Source: Octopus vulgaris (lineage: Eukaryota). Taken from it: DNA of 64,000 nt. The position numbers were made by a program, and so were the translations under genes. Positions 25,870 through 39,894 of the stretch are shown here, in pieces (the stretch's first letter is position 1; every line of letters starts with the position of its first letter). The notes below the pieces were generated by a model. That model was not told the origin of the DNA and did not search any database. It was given only the letters and a program-made list of their open reading frames with translations. The DNA lies in the NCBI GenBank assembly GCA_951406725.2, contig OX597835.1, positions 33,232,001 to 33,296,000 on the forward strand, read 5' to 3'.

Positions 25870-27500
25870 CTAAATAAACAATTCTAAAGTACCTTCACCT
25901 CTCCATTGGGAAACATGCAAATAATCAAACCTGAAGAGGTTTTCAGCACAGCAGGTCCATATGGGAAAGAGGCAGCAATCGATTACATAGAAAGGAAAGA
26001 CGAGGAAGCTGCAATATCGGTCATTGATGTGATAAACTCAAACTCAGCAGCGGGCCCAGATTGATTTCCGGCTGTTCTTCTAAAAGTTTGCAAGAAAGCT
26101 GTAACAAAGCTACAGCAGATACGTTTTCAGAGCTGCCTTGCATGTGAAAAACTTCCCAAATTAATAAAAGAAAGTATCATATGTTCTGTTAATGAAGGAG
26201 GAAGCAGAGCGGATGCTAAAAATTACTGTCTTATCTCTCTGATTTCACATGCTAACAAGGTCATAGAACGTATTATCAGAAAGATGTTGATCCAGTTCCT
26301 GGAAGAAAATAACTTGCTCGCAAATACAGAGAGCTGCTACCGCATTACAACTGAGTTCTGAAACAGCAATACAATGATGACAATTTCAAGCAATCCATTA
26401 TCGGCCCACGAACAGACTACAATTGCAATACACAAAACCAGGGCGCAGTTCAACCCCAGAGTCAGGGACGGTTCGTGGATGGGAATCTGCGTGAGTAATG
26501 ATGCAACATACCATGTGTATACTACCAGGATGGAGACATTGTGCAGAGAAGTAGCTAGATGGATTATGAGATTATTCAGAACCAGAAAAATAGATAGCAT
26601 GCTGTTCTTGTGGAGAACGTTTGTCCTTAGTCGTCTGGACTACTGCTGCCCAATTATGGTTACTAGAGGGTGTCAAACTTGTGGCGGAACTTGAGGCAAT
26701 TCAGCGTCACTACACAAAGATGACTGACTGGATGAAACGGTTGAGTTACTACAAGAGGCTAAGAGAATGGAATTCTGCTCCCTAAAGAGAAGGCGTGAAA
26801 ACAATACATATGGCATCGTGGTAGTCATATGGAAGATCCTGGAAGGTCTAGCTCCCAATTTTGGAATTGAAAGCTATACCAACTACCGAACTGGACGGTA
26901 CTGCGTAATACCAAATATCCCGCCTTCTCTATTTCGAATAAGTACGACGCCGTGGTGATCTCATCTCGCTCACAACATCATAAGCGGAAAGTGCAACCTC
27001 TCAAAAGAGCTGTTCTTCACTCCTGCTCCAGAGCGTGGGCTGCGGGGTCACTCCGAAAAGCTCTATCTACGACGATTTCATCTCAATCGAAGGAGAGGGG
27101 CTTTCTCCGTCCGGGTTGCGGATCCGTGGATTAAGCCGCCGGCCGAGATAGTGAAGATGCCGACGATTGCTCGGTTCAAAGTCTCTCTTGACCAGAATTG
27201 GTCTGAACTCTTTGTATGACCACCCTCCCTGTACATAACTCCCTGTCCCCCTACATGGCGTTGCTTTTGCTTTTTGAGCCAATAAAAATTGAATTGAATA
27301 GTGTAACAACTTCGGTTTCGCGGGTCTATAACTATTCAACATTCTGCCAATAACCTTAGAAATTTGCGAGATGTAGATGTGGAGGTCTGGACAAATATCT
27401 GAATTACCCGAGGAGCCCCCAAAGGGCGTTTGGACAAATTTGTATGTAAAATCACGCCAGGAAGCACAAAGAAGAGCGGCACCATCCAACACGCATCTTC
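25870..27500 (+). mobile_element. Decayed CR1-group LINE ORF2 (RT N-terminal part and C-terminal region), internally deleted and interrupted
   Basis: Fragments SAAGPD-FPAVLLK, NYCLISLISHANKVIERII, WRTFVLSRLDYCCP, SLKRRRE, WKILEGLAPN, LFNILP. Confidence 0.8.
26957..27299 (+). mobile_element. 5'-truncated 3' end of a second CR1-type LINE nested in the first
   Basis: DLILAHNIISG...GLRGHSEKLYLRRFHLNRRRGAFSVRVADPW...FKVSLD stop, then 3' UTR, AATAAA and (ATTGA)2 tail. Confidence 0.8.
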
Positions 27501-28260
27501 ACCGAGAAACAGTACCAAAAGGAAATCCAAACACACTGAAAGGCAGTGCTCCAGCATGGTCTCAGCCTTTAGCTGTAACCAATAATTGATATAAGATAAC
27601 GGATATATATGTTCATAGTTATTTATACTCACACACCCATTCATATATACGCATGAGCAGAGATAACAACGGACACAGATAAGAATATATGAGAGAGAAT
27701 GTGATAAATAATTGCATAGATCCACTTAGCGGTAAATAGATATTTGTAATTCGTCCCTGGACAGTAATACCCATAATGAGGGAATCCAGTCCTTTGTAGC
27801 CGTCTATGTATCAAGATCGTTGATAAGTTTTATCAATGAGAGGAATATGACACTAACGATATTCACTTAATTTGGTTTGGAACGGAAACGACGCGGAAAA
27901 AAGCATTTTTATATATGTTCAGCAACGTTTTAACTGCGCCACATACGATCAAAAACATTTATTACATAAGTTTTCTCTGGTTCTTTTCGTAATGTGTGGG
28001 GTCATACTTTGATGTATCTACTACACAGAAGCACATGCAATCAGTTCTGCAATAGTGGCCATCGTTTATGCCGGTTGCGGTGAGTGGGTAACTGATTGCA
28101 ATGAAATTTCTGATCGATGTTAATTCATGCACGTATGTTGTATGATGTTCAACTTTACAGAAATAGACAAACATAAACACACATGCACACGCGAACATAT
28201 GAATACTAAGAATTACATATAGAGCCATATCCATACATGCATATATAATCTTTATATATG

Positions 28261-28315
<55 letters not shown>

Positions 28316-29427
28316 TGTATAAATGAGTAAATACCAAATGCATATATGGTATGCATGTGCTTGTATATATTTATATATATATATAGCCAAAGAAACAGAT
28401 TTCAGCTCAAACCACCAGTAATTTTCCTTGTTTTTAGTCCCCTACTATTCTACTATCATCGTAGGATAAATTTATACAAATTTATATACAGCCTGGAGAA
28501 ACAAATATAAACTGAATATAAATATAAATCCAAGATTAGTTCTAAAACTAGACCCGTAGCTACAATTACTTTCTCTCGATTTGTATTAAACCCACCAATC
28601 ATTCTGATTTGTACTAAATACACTGGACTCTCTCACACACACACACCCAGATATAGCCACGCATTATCGACACAAACTTTTCAATGGTGCATTCACGATT
28701 ATACTTCAAATCAATAACTGAGGTTCAGTGCATTATTCTAAAATGCCACTGGGTAGAAAACGAAATCAGTGCACTGATAAGCGCTTGGTACATTTACCAT
28801 AACGGTCACAGTCCTTTTACAGATCTGCAAAACAGATTGAAAACAATATAAAAGAAATCACAGCATTGTTTCACACTTTACACACGCACATGGTAACACT
28901 GGAAGCATGCTTGTCAAGAGACGTAGCGTGCAAACTAACCCAATGCTCTCAGGTCCGGGGTCACTTCAACGACCTGTTGGCCAGCAACAAACAACGTACT
29001 CATAGATATCGCTATCTGACCTAATTCCATCCAACACTACCATGGCAAGCCAGGAGTCACTATCGCAACAGCAGCCTGCTACTGCTACTACATTGGAAGC
29101 ACCTTGTTTGGCACCATTATCTGAAGTCCACCCACCGCTACTGTCCCAAGTCAATTTCCACTGCCGTTACAGCAACAACAACAACAGTCTGCTACTGCTA
29201 CTTCAAGAGGACCACTGACCAATGAGCCAGCCAATATAGAAAAGCCTCTAATATGCTCACGTATTATTTTTTATTGAATGATTCATTATTTAATTAATTA
29301 TCGATGTGATGGCCATTCGTCTTGTTTCATACCCTCACCCAATCGTAGAATCTCAGACTTATTGTCTTGCTTTTATGGTCATTTGGATTTAAAGGGGACA
29401 TAAAGGGTTCTGTCAAATAAGTAAATA

Positions 29428-29840
29428 GGAGCAGGAGTGGCCGTGTGGTAAGTAGCTTTCTTACCAACCCCATGGTTCCGGGTTCAGTCCCACTGCATGG
29501 TACCTTGGGTATGTGCCTTCTACTATAGCCTCGGGCCGACCAAAGCCTTGTGTGTGGATTTGGTAGACGGAAACTGAAAGAGGCCCGTCGTATACATGTA
29601 TATGTATGTATATATATATGTGTGTATATGTGTATGTTTGTGTGTCTGTGTTTGTCTCCCCAACATCACTTGGCAACCGGTGTTGGTGTGTTTACGTATC
29701 CGTAACTTCACGGTTCGGCAAAATAGACCAATAGAATAAGTACTAGGCTTACAAAGAATAAGTTCTGGGGTCGATTTGCTCGACTAAAAAAGGTGGTGCT
29801 CCAGCATGGACACAGTCAAATGATTGAAACAAGTAAAAGG
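29428..29840 (+). mobile_element. SINE family A, full length
   Basis: Matches 19455-19875. Confidence 0.9.
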
Positions 29841-30506
29841 ATATATAAATAACTGGGTGACCTTAGCCCGAAAACCGCTGCTTGAAAGAAATTAAAGGCT
29901 AAAAGAAATTATCTGTCTTAGTTGTAGGGGTGAGATGCTTCACTGTCTGATTCCCTCATCCCCATCCTCTAAACTCCTTCATCGCTATAAATCTTCGTTA
30001 CCCTACTACCCACGCATGACATCGCGTATTCTCCTATAATACTACCAAACTGAACTAACAAATTTATTCTGTGACCAGCAAGGGTTTTAGAATCATGAAG
30101 ATGGAGTCCCATTCACTTTCGAATGTTTTTGAATATTGTGATTCGTGCATTCACCTGATGAAAATGACTTTTTCTAATGATGCAATGTCTCCATTAATCA
30201 AAATTTAGTTGGACACAACATCTATCTGTTTTCACTTATCCATACACGCATACACACACATATATACACGACATGCTTCCACAAATTTTCCTTGTAACTG
30301 ATTAAGTCCCAAAACATTGATCAGTTCGGGGTTCTATTAGAAATCAGTTACACATGGTACCACGGGACTGTACCCGAAAACACGTGCTTGTAAAGCGAAC
30401 CCGAAAGTACGTGATTTTTAACCATTCAGCCATGTTTGCACGTAGCCATGTTTGCATGTAGTCTAAACTCATACCAGTATGAGCTAGTATTTTAGTTATT
30501 ATTATT

Positions 30507-30947
30507 CTATGTTTGACTTTTGCTTTACATTTGCACAAGCTGGCTCCAAGTATCACCCAGAGACCTCAAGAGACAACAACTTGGAAGTTGATGCTGGTAT
30601 CATGCCTAGGGTGCCAGATATTTGGTTTTGTACTTAGTGAATACCTAAAAAACATACGAAAATTATGTTTGTTTTTAAAACTTGAGATTACAAAGAATGT
30701 ATTTTGCGTAGGATATGAGCAGTTCCCATGAGCACTATCTTTTGAATATCTGCCATTTTTGGGTTTCCTGGTATCTGAGTTAGGTAGCCATCAGCCCCTT
30801 TCGCTATCATTCCCAGGGCACCTATGACAATAGGTATTGTTTTAGTTTTCCGGTTCCACATTTTGCTGATTTCTATTTCAAGATCTTTATATTTGCTCAG
30901 CTTTTGGTAGGTCTTGACAGATACGTTTATATCGATTGGGACAGCCA
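30507..30947 (-). mobile_element. 5'-truncated R4/Dong-type element in (TAA)n
   Basis: ORF 30688-30948 has KLSKYKDLEIEISKMW-KTIPIVIGALG-QKIVLMGTAHILRK (RLE C-terminus); TAA repeats at both junctions. Confidence 0.85.
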
Positions 30948-30953
30948 TTATTA

Positions 30954-31038
<85 letters not shown>

Positions 31039-31859
31039 ATTTATTACTATTTACCAGAAATATATGTGTTTTTCTCTTTCTCTGCTTATGCATATATATA
31101 TGTACGTTTGAAACTAAATAAATGCGAATCGAAATCGTAAGAAAAGAGACGTTTTCGAAATAGATGTGTATAAAATCAGACATTCTAATTTCGATTCACA
31201 AGAGAAATATATAAACATACAATAAAATTATATTGCGTCAAAGACAATGTGATACCAAGTATTATGTAAAGTTGCTACCATTGCTACTATCACTAAGATA
31301 ACAGCATGTGATTATTGCATTGTCTTAAGTCGTATATAAATGAATAGATATTAATTGTTGTACTGTTAGTTTTCGATCATTTTCTTCTGAACCAATTGGT
31401 AGCCATACGTTATTTTGAATGATATAATGCTTATTTAATTGCCTAAATGATCTCGCTACTTGACAGAATTTGTCTACGATGGTAACTATCTTTATTGAAA
31501 CATTACTATAATATTATAGCATTAACGATTAAAATCAGACATAATGATGCTATTGTGTACTATATCCTCAATAAAATTGATAATCTATGTTATATTGGAT
31601 TTTTGTGAACAATAATATCTCATTGGTTCTCAGTCACCAATTATGCATCTCTCGTTGGTTTACAGCAACTGGTATGGCAGCTACGATACTACGAGTGATT
31701 ATTTGTTTAATGCGGTACTAATGGGGATTACGATTGAAAATAGGAAGATTTAGGATAGAATTGGAAAAGATAACATATGAGAATTAGGAGCAAATGTAAC
31801 AGTTAGTGGACATAACTTCTTATCAATTTTATTTAAATTAAAACAGAAAAAGTAGACAT

Positions 31860-32180
31860 CCTCACTTTCCTCGTCAAATGATAGAAATATCTTACTCTCA
31901 AAATTGGCAAATGTTGGAATCCGTGGAAAACTTCTACACAGGATTGAGCATTTCCTGGCGAATAGAACACAACATGTTATGGTCGATGGAGACCACTGAA
32001 GCCCAGAAAAAACACCAGTGGTGTCCCTTGGGGGACTGTCTTGGTCCCTCTCCTCTCTTTGTAATCTACATAAACGACCTTTCCAGTGTCATAGAACATT
32101 GCAAAGTAAAAACTATTTTCTGATGGTACTGAGCTCCAGGAAGAAGAGACCTAACTCAACTCCAGTCTGATCTATATTGA
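31860..32180 (+). mobile_element. CR1-type reverse transcriptase fragment (pseudogene)
   Basis: LANVGIRGKLLHRIEHFLANRTQHVMVDG...SGVPLGTVLGP..LFVIYINDL..LQSDL. Confidence 0.75.
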
Positions 32181-32282
32181 AGAAATTGATGAGGACTTGA
32201 CCGGATAGGAATATGCCTCTGTTCAAATCTTTCAGACGGATCCACACAATCTCTTTTGCCACAGCCACTAAGCAGAGAAATA

Positions 32283-32495
32283 TATGTCTTCCTTCTCTAC
32301 TAAGGGATGGTAATACAGTTCTATATTTAAGAGATGCGGAATTATTTACATTATTTACATTTGACGGATATTGTCCTCATCTTGTTTCTTGTTAACACGT
32401 TTCGGCTGATATACCCTCCAGCCTACATCAGGTGACTTGGGGAAATTTAGAACCTGGATTCTCATTCCTAAGGTATTTTTCGAAGTTATTATTAT
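32283..32495 (-). mobile_element. Short element with a degenerate hammerhead core (Penelope-like)
   Basis: Minus strand cac CTGATGT a ggctg-gagggtatat-cagcc GAAAC GTG at 32393-32434; 5-bp stem II intact, core carries substitutions. Confidence 0.5.
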
Positions 32496-34658
32496 ATATG
32501 CCATGAAACCTGGAAAACGATCAGCATGAATCGAAAAGGTTACTCAATTTATTTTTTTTATTATATCTTGGTCGATAACACCAATCCGAGCACTTGACTG
32601 TTACTTTATTTTATCGATAACGAAACGATGAAACTGGAAGTTGTCTCAGACTAGATTTGAACTTAAAATGTAGAGATACCGTTAAGCCTTTTCTCCAACG
32701 TCATAACGATTCTGCGATATTGTCTGTCACCTTAGCTTCATTACTGGAGCATGAGAATTTCAGATATTAATCAGCTTCACAGAATGATACCCATTCCAAA
32801 CTGAAAAATTGTTTCTGTTATTCTATATTAATGATGCTTACTTAGGCAATTTTCGCTGCTGTATCCATAGTTTTTCAATTAATATATCATGGTGAATATG
32901 AAGTTTTAATACGTTGACTCACCTTGAACGTTCTACATGGAGTCATCGAAGTTTTTCTCAGTTGAAGTTGTGTATTATATATGGAACTTGAAAGAATCCA
33001 ATATCGAACTTCTAATAAAAGATGTTTCATTAGATTTGTTGCTGAAGCTAAAATTATACAAACATCGCAAGGACATCAAAGAATTCTCGAATGATATTAA
33101 AGAAACTTGAAATATCCAAAGATTATGATCGATACGAAATTATCTCTTCTTTAATAATGTAAGATAAATGATGCGTAACATATTGTTACTTGTAGAGTAA
33201 CTACTGGCGTTCTTGTTGATGCTTAACTCTAAGCCAACCTTCACTGTACAGAGCTATGAACAATGACATTCCAACCGTGACCATCCTCTTTTAATGTGCG
33301 ATGTACGACTACATTATCGTAGATGTCCGTTTCTGATTGGAAAATATAAGATATAAATCTAGGAAAATTTGGCTGCTATTTCAAGCAGGTATGGTAACTA
33401 TCTTTACGTATGTTAAATTACACTTTGGGTAGATGTGATGTTGTGTCTTCATGCCTTTTCTGAAAGTGTTATATGCGCTATATCAACGAAAATACAAGAC
33501 AAATTGCAGCCTAGTTTTATGAGGTGTTCATTAATCGCAAGTAGCGCATAATCAAGCATACCTATCATTGGAGACGTTCCAGCCGTGACCATCCATTTTT
33601 CGTCCTAATTACTGTGTATATAGAGTCCATGGTTTAATGAATCTAAGACTGGTACTTATGTTATCGACCCCCAAAATCTGAAGACGCAGTAGACTTCAGT
33701 GTGTTTCGAGCGCACAACATCAAGGAGCATTATTACAGATTAAAAAGTGTAAGTGGAAATATGTGTTGCTGCCAGCCGATTACGATTCGAAAACAGAAAA
33801 TTACTGGTACCTTATAAACTCTCAATATTCACTGACTAAATTTACAGATGACTAAAAATATTTGAATCTGTTTCAAGAAAGAAACTAAGTTATGCAATCT
33901 ATTTTATTCGACATAACGGACGAAATCTGCCAACTTTTATCTTCTTTCAAGTATTCTAGAGTTAGAAACATCAACAGAGTTTTACATAAAAATAACGCAG
34001 TAAATAGATATTTATACTGACCAAAATTCCGCCAGATTTGGCATTGCATTTCATTCTCTTGGAATCGATAAAACACACACACATTGTATATATATGTGTA
34101 TATATATAATCGAATTACATCTCAAAAAATGTTGGCCTCGTGCCAAAATTTGAAACACTTATTTAACTGATCAACCAACCGCATCAATCAATCAATCTCG
34201 AGCGAATATGAGTTGATTGCATATACCATGTTGTCGCTAATTGTCTTAGGTGCCTATTTATTCGCAAATAGATATGGATATTTTCATGGCGTCCCCACAG
34301 TTGAGCTAGTTGTAGAACATCGAGGTTGTGACAGCTTCATGGAGAGGAATGTAATCACCAACTGGGCAATGTAGAGTGAAAATAGAGAAATTGCTACGTA
34401 CAAACCGGTGCAGGAATTAGATCCACCATTTTATGTTAAGGAAGATTTAAACTAAGGAAGTGAATGTACGTATTAGCAATGCAAATTATTTAATCAAATG
34501 ATTTACTGATCTTTCTACCGTCTTTTATGTAATACATTAATTAAATCGATATGAATGAAGCTAAAACTTTAATTAATTGCTTGTAATTATTCATTCGTAA
34601 AACTGGAGACACTACGTTATGATCGTCGCGAAATAAGGCAAAATTTGAACTAAGAACA

Positions 34659-34870
34659 TGCAGGGTCGGTTGAAAGGTTCACACAGCCCAGGATACTCTC
34701 ATGGAATGTGACCAAATAAGGTTTATTTTTCAACATAGTCCCCCAAATCACATGGGATCCACACACTTTTCCCATTGGTGTTGCTGTGCTTGAGTCCCAT
34801 TAATGAAACTTTCCTCCTGTGTCCAAACGTTCATCAACAGCAAATAAAGGTATCACAAGGAATATGAACT
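34659..34870 (-). mobile_element. Mariner-type transposon 3' remnant
   Basis: Minus strand HQWEKCV...GDYVEK stop; TIR-like cagggtcggttgaaaggttc. Confidence 0.55.
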
Positions 34871-35688
34871 ACCGATTCCGCCATCCACTCAAATTTATAA
34901 AACGTTGATTAAAACGATATCAAGTAAAAAGATTCTTTAATTAACATAGCTTGTTAAATAACAGACAGAGAGGCAGACAGGCAACATTTTATTTACCAAA
35001 ACCAATACATTAATAACTGAGTCAGCAGAAAGTTTCTGATAAAATTTAAAATAGAAGCCATATAACCAGAAAGGTATTCTTTAGATGAAATTGGCTTAAA
35101 ATACTTTAAAAAACGGCGAGATTTTCATCAGTTTACAGTCGCGTTTTAGCTTTTCTTTCCAGTGTTATGAGCAAACCAAGGAAGATATAGCGAGTAGACT
35201 GCTTGATGGTTATCAAAAATGTTATTTATGTATCTGTACGTTTTTCTTTTCAATTGTCAGTTCAAAAATATCAATCTTCAATTTAATGCTTTTTTTTGCT
35301 TTTTGCTTTTTGAATAACAAACCAAACTCTAAATAAAACAACGTGCTTTGAGAACTGTTTTTGTTTTTTCCTTTTTAAATATTATTTCCAGAACTGCCAT
35401 CTTGACTTTGGATAATTATAATATCATTTTTTGCTGCTTTTTTGTCGTTTGGTGTGTGTGTGTGTATTTTCATGTAATTTGTATACATACAGATGCGTAC
35501 ATATATCATTTCCATGTGAATGCGTGAAGGTGACGTAAAGTCTGATTACGATGATCAGCAAAACTGATCTCGGTAGATGAGCTACCACGAAATGATGTAA
35601 GACCTCCGGGTAACGCACACACTCACACATACACACACTCACACATACACACACTCACACATACACACACTCTTACACACACACACAC

Positions 35689-35753
<65 letters not shown>

Positions 35754-35799
35754 GACACACATACACATACCTGTATAGAAATATGCACAAGCATTCATT

Positions 35800-35856
<57 letters not shown>

Positions 35857-36609
35857 TTCAAATGTATGTGTTTCAAATGTATGTGTACGTACGTATGCGC
35901 TTGGATAAAAAAAGATTTAAAAGGAAATGTATAAAAGAAAATCCAAACTAGTATAAGAGATCTAAAGTTCTGTGTAAGTGTAAAGTAATACTCAAATTAG
36001 CAATAAATCTGGGAACATAGCATAAATGGAACATGGTTATTTTAAGTGTCATGAACTGATAAAATCAGTAGAGCATCTGAGAAATTGCCATACTATATTT
36101 AATTCCATCTCTTTACTTTCTCATTTCAAATCACACGAGCATCAACTTTATTGTTCATCCGTCCGGGACCAAAATAAAATTTAGATGAATAATGTAATAC
36201 AATACCATTGTTGTGAGGCGGCGAGCTGGCAGAAACGTTAGCACGCCGGGCGAAATGCGTAGCCGTATTTCCTCAGACGTTACGTTCTGATTCTGTGTGT
36301 ATGTGTATGTATATATGTATACACCCATTATGTCCTGCTAAATTACATTGTCGTGACACTGTCGTAATACTATGTAACACTATCATGCATCTTGTCACCA
36401 TAATATACAGCTTCTACACTGGCACACATTATCTCAACCCAGAATACATCAAGGTATACTCACACACAAATATACATATTGACATTGGTACTACGGTTAG
36501 GTACCTATACACAGAAATTGAACTGAACATTAGCCGCATCCGCATAGAGTTTTCCAGTTTGAGTAGAACTACAAGTTGTGATAATATTGTCCCTCCTTTT
36601 GTATATATA

Positions 36610-36840
36610 TTTCTTTACTACTCACAAGGGGCTAAACACAGAGGGGACAAAAAAGGACGGACAAACGGATTAAGTCGATTACATCGACCCAGTGCGTAAC
36701 TGATACTTAATTTATCGACCCCGAAAGGATGAAAGGCAAAGTCGACCTCGGCGAAATTTGAACCCAGAACGTAGCGGCAGACGAAATACAGCTACGCACT
36801 CCGCCCGGCGTGCTAACGTTTCTGCCAGCTCGTCGCCTTC
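36610..36840 (-). mobile_element. SINE family B, full length (5' fragment on + at 36217-36292)
   Basis: Reverse complement of 25120-25355. Confidence 0.9.
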
Positions 36841-36994
36841 CTCCTTTTGTATATAATTAATATACAGACATAGAAATCATCAAGAGTTTTCCTGGCGCCA
36901 CACACTCGTAAGACTAGTTTTCTGGAGCTTGTGATGTACACGTGTCACACCCGTCCCCCGCTAGACATAACAACAGTCCGTAGTAGATTAACCA

Positions 36995-37137
36995 ATTTTT
37001 GCCAGCTGAGTGGACTAGAGCATGGTGGAATGATGTATTTTGCTCAAGAACACAACACATCGCCCGGTTAAGGAATCGAAACCACAATCTTACGATCATG
37101 AATCCACCCCCCTAATAACTGAGCCACGCGCCTCCAC
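36995..37137 (-). mobile_element. tRNA-headed SINE family D (head + conserved cttgagcaa...ccactcagctgg body)
   Basis: Related segments at 39895-40200 (+), 47985-48312 (-), 52582-52730 (+). Confidence 0.7.
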
Positions 37138-37896
37138 TATGCATCTAAGGGATCAAGAAAACATTTCCCCTGGACAGGGCGCTATTCCTTTGTAAGATTA
37201 CTCACTCTTTCACAGCTTACTGGACTACAGAAACGTAAAACAACCACTACACCCCAATCACTACACAACGAGCCTCCACATTATACAGACATAAGTTGAT
37301 TACGTTGTCTAATTAATATGTAAATATATAATTCTAAGTCTTGTCTAATTGCCTTTAATTTAATAATTATTTATTTTATACAAATATACATTATCTCGAC
37401 GTATTAGTTCTATTCAAACTGAAAAGTTGTGTCACCCTTTCAGCATCTAATTAATATATCGTCCTGTAGTTGATTACATTGTGCACTACTTAATATGTAA
37501 ATTAATAATTGAATGTCTTGTCTAATTACCATGAAATTATATAATTGTTGCACGTGAGTGTGTGTGTGTGTGTGTACACGTGTGGGTGGGTTTGCGTGTA
37601 TGTGTGTATGGTATTGTGTATGTCTAGTGTATGGTGCACGTGTATATACACCTTCAGTTATAGCCGTATGTACATAACGGAATGTCCTCGAAGGTCACAC
37701 TGCTACTACTACCACTACTACTAGTAGTTATAGTAGTAGAGTAGCAGTAGGGATGGTGTGTGAATATGTATGTGTATATAATTGTTTTTCATGTATGCTT
37801 GTATTTTTGTATATCTCTCTCCCATCTCTCCTTGTATCTCTCCATCTCTCTCTATTGATAGACACATATACATACATACACATACATACACATATA

Positions 37897-37936
<40 letters not shown>

Positions 37937-37946
37937 TATCTACAGG

Positions 37947-37979
<33 letters not shown>

Positions 37980-38317
37980 TTATGTGTGTGTGTGTGTGTG
38001 TAGTATCAGCATGCCAACAGTGCGACTCGGAAGGATTGTCTCGTCTAATTACCACTTAATTACATAATTAGTTAAATTGGCTAATTAAAATTAGTATACA
38101 TTGTCTCAGCAACACAGTGTTTCTGAAGGACGGTGCTAAAATCACCCCCTTCCCGACCATAACCCTGTTTTAACTAAACTTATAAGTGTAAAACTCTACA
38201 TAATACATTGTCACATAATCGTTGTTTATAATTTACTAACCCGAATATTTAACTGGTACACATTGTATTTTTTTTATATAGCATTCATATTATAAATTTG
38301 TCTTGCAAGATAACTGA

Positions 38318-38740
38318 TGTGAAACCGTCTGTTAAAACAGATATTGTTGTATTTCGGGTTGGTCATTGCTATTTTTTAACCAAATAAACACACGCACTAT
38401 ATATTCGTTCTCCACCCGTTTCCTACTGTTCGTATTCTAACTTGTACATTGCCCAGAAATCTTTCATCACATGTATGTGACCTCATCATTGACACTTTCC
38501 GTTCTTTTGAGAGAATAGACTAAGCGGAGCAAGAGCACACACATAGAGGGAAAGTGTCGCTGAAGAGGTCATAGGTGTGTTACGAAAGATTTCTGGACAA
38601 TGGACATACATTAGAATAAGGACAATAGTAAACGGGTGAGGAATAAATATATAGTGCGTGTGTTTATTTGGCAAAAAAAAATACACGACCATCCCGAAAT
38701 ACAACAAAATCCGTTTCAACACGCGATTTCAGATCAGGTA
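38318..38740. repeat. Diverged ~180-bp inverted repeat (38318-38500/38548-38740) with hammerhead-like cores
   Basis: Arms align as reverse complements; cores CTGAAGA ggtcata..GAAAgatttc tggaca (+) and aTGATGA ggtcacat-ac-atgtgat GAAAgatttc tgggca (-). Confidence 0.6.
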
Positions 38741-38974
38741 TTTTGCAACACACAAAAAAAATGTCTATCTCGAAAAACAATATTCATATTATTGTTGTGT
38801 TGAATGTTTTATTTACATTGTATGTCATAGGGTTCAACGCGATTGTCATGTGATTCGTGGTCCTTAATATAGCTATGAATTAAGTGTAGTAGAGACTTGA
38901 GTATTCTGCCGAACCAGTCCTCTACATAGCGCTGGATGACTTTGTTGTCTATGTTTAATATTGAGCTCGAATAC

Positions 38975-39190
38975 GGTGGCGAGCTGGCAGAACCGTTAGA
39001 ACGCTGGGCAAGATGATTATCAACGTCTCGTTCGTATTTAAGCTCAGAGTTCAAACTGTGCCGGGGCCGACTTTGCAATTTATCTTTTCCAGGTAGATAA
39101 AATAAATACCAGTTGAGCACACTGACGTCCATGTAATCGTCTTATCCGCTTCTACCGAAATTGCTGGCCTTGTACCAAACTTTCAAACTG
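38975..39190 (+). mobile_element. SINE family B, diverged
   Basis: Matches family B. Confidence 0.7.
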
Positions 39191-39894
39191 ATATTGGGCT
39201 TCTGCTTTCACTGATATGTTATAGCTGCAGTAGGATTTGATCCAGAAACGGTGACTGGCAACTTTAAAATATCTTTTATTTACTTGCACGCTTTTCTCTT
39301 CACTTGACTCCATTTTTCAGGAAATTAAACAGTTTAGGTTATTCAGAAATTTGCGAAGAGAAACATCTCGGAATGGCCAATGGCACTTTTAATAAAATAG
39401 ACAAATACAAGTATACCAAATATCATACATTCATCATAATATCTTAATTTATCTCATGAATCTAAAATTCTCCAAATTTAATATGCCATTAAGGAGAAGA
39501 ACGAGCTTATCCTCCGGAGATAATAGAACAGTCGCGGACACGAGTGTCTGTTTCAATAGCCGCCATTAGTACACTGTTATATGGTATGTGATATACCTGT
39601 ATTTCCAATGTTGTGCAAATACATGCCCCCGTCCACTTCGAGCTTTTGTCTTTATGTCATTTTCGTTTGAATAATGTGTTCACCTCCTTTTAGTATTGGG
39701 CTAAGTCCTTTGGCTTTCGTATGCGGAGTCGGAAACGTGTCATGTTGTTGTTGGTCCTGACTCAGAAACACCTGAACGCTTATGCTCTTATCTCCAGACA
39801 AAAGGTTGTTTTTTTCTTATATGACATGTCAATTTTGGAGGAATTCTTCAACTTTGAAATAATTTCCCTTTCTCAAATGTAACTAGTCTAAATT

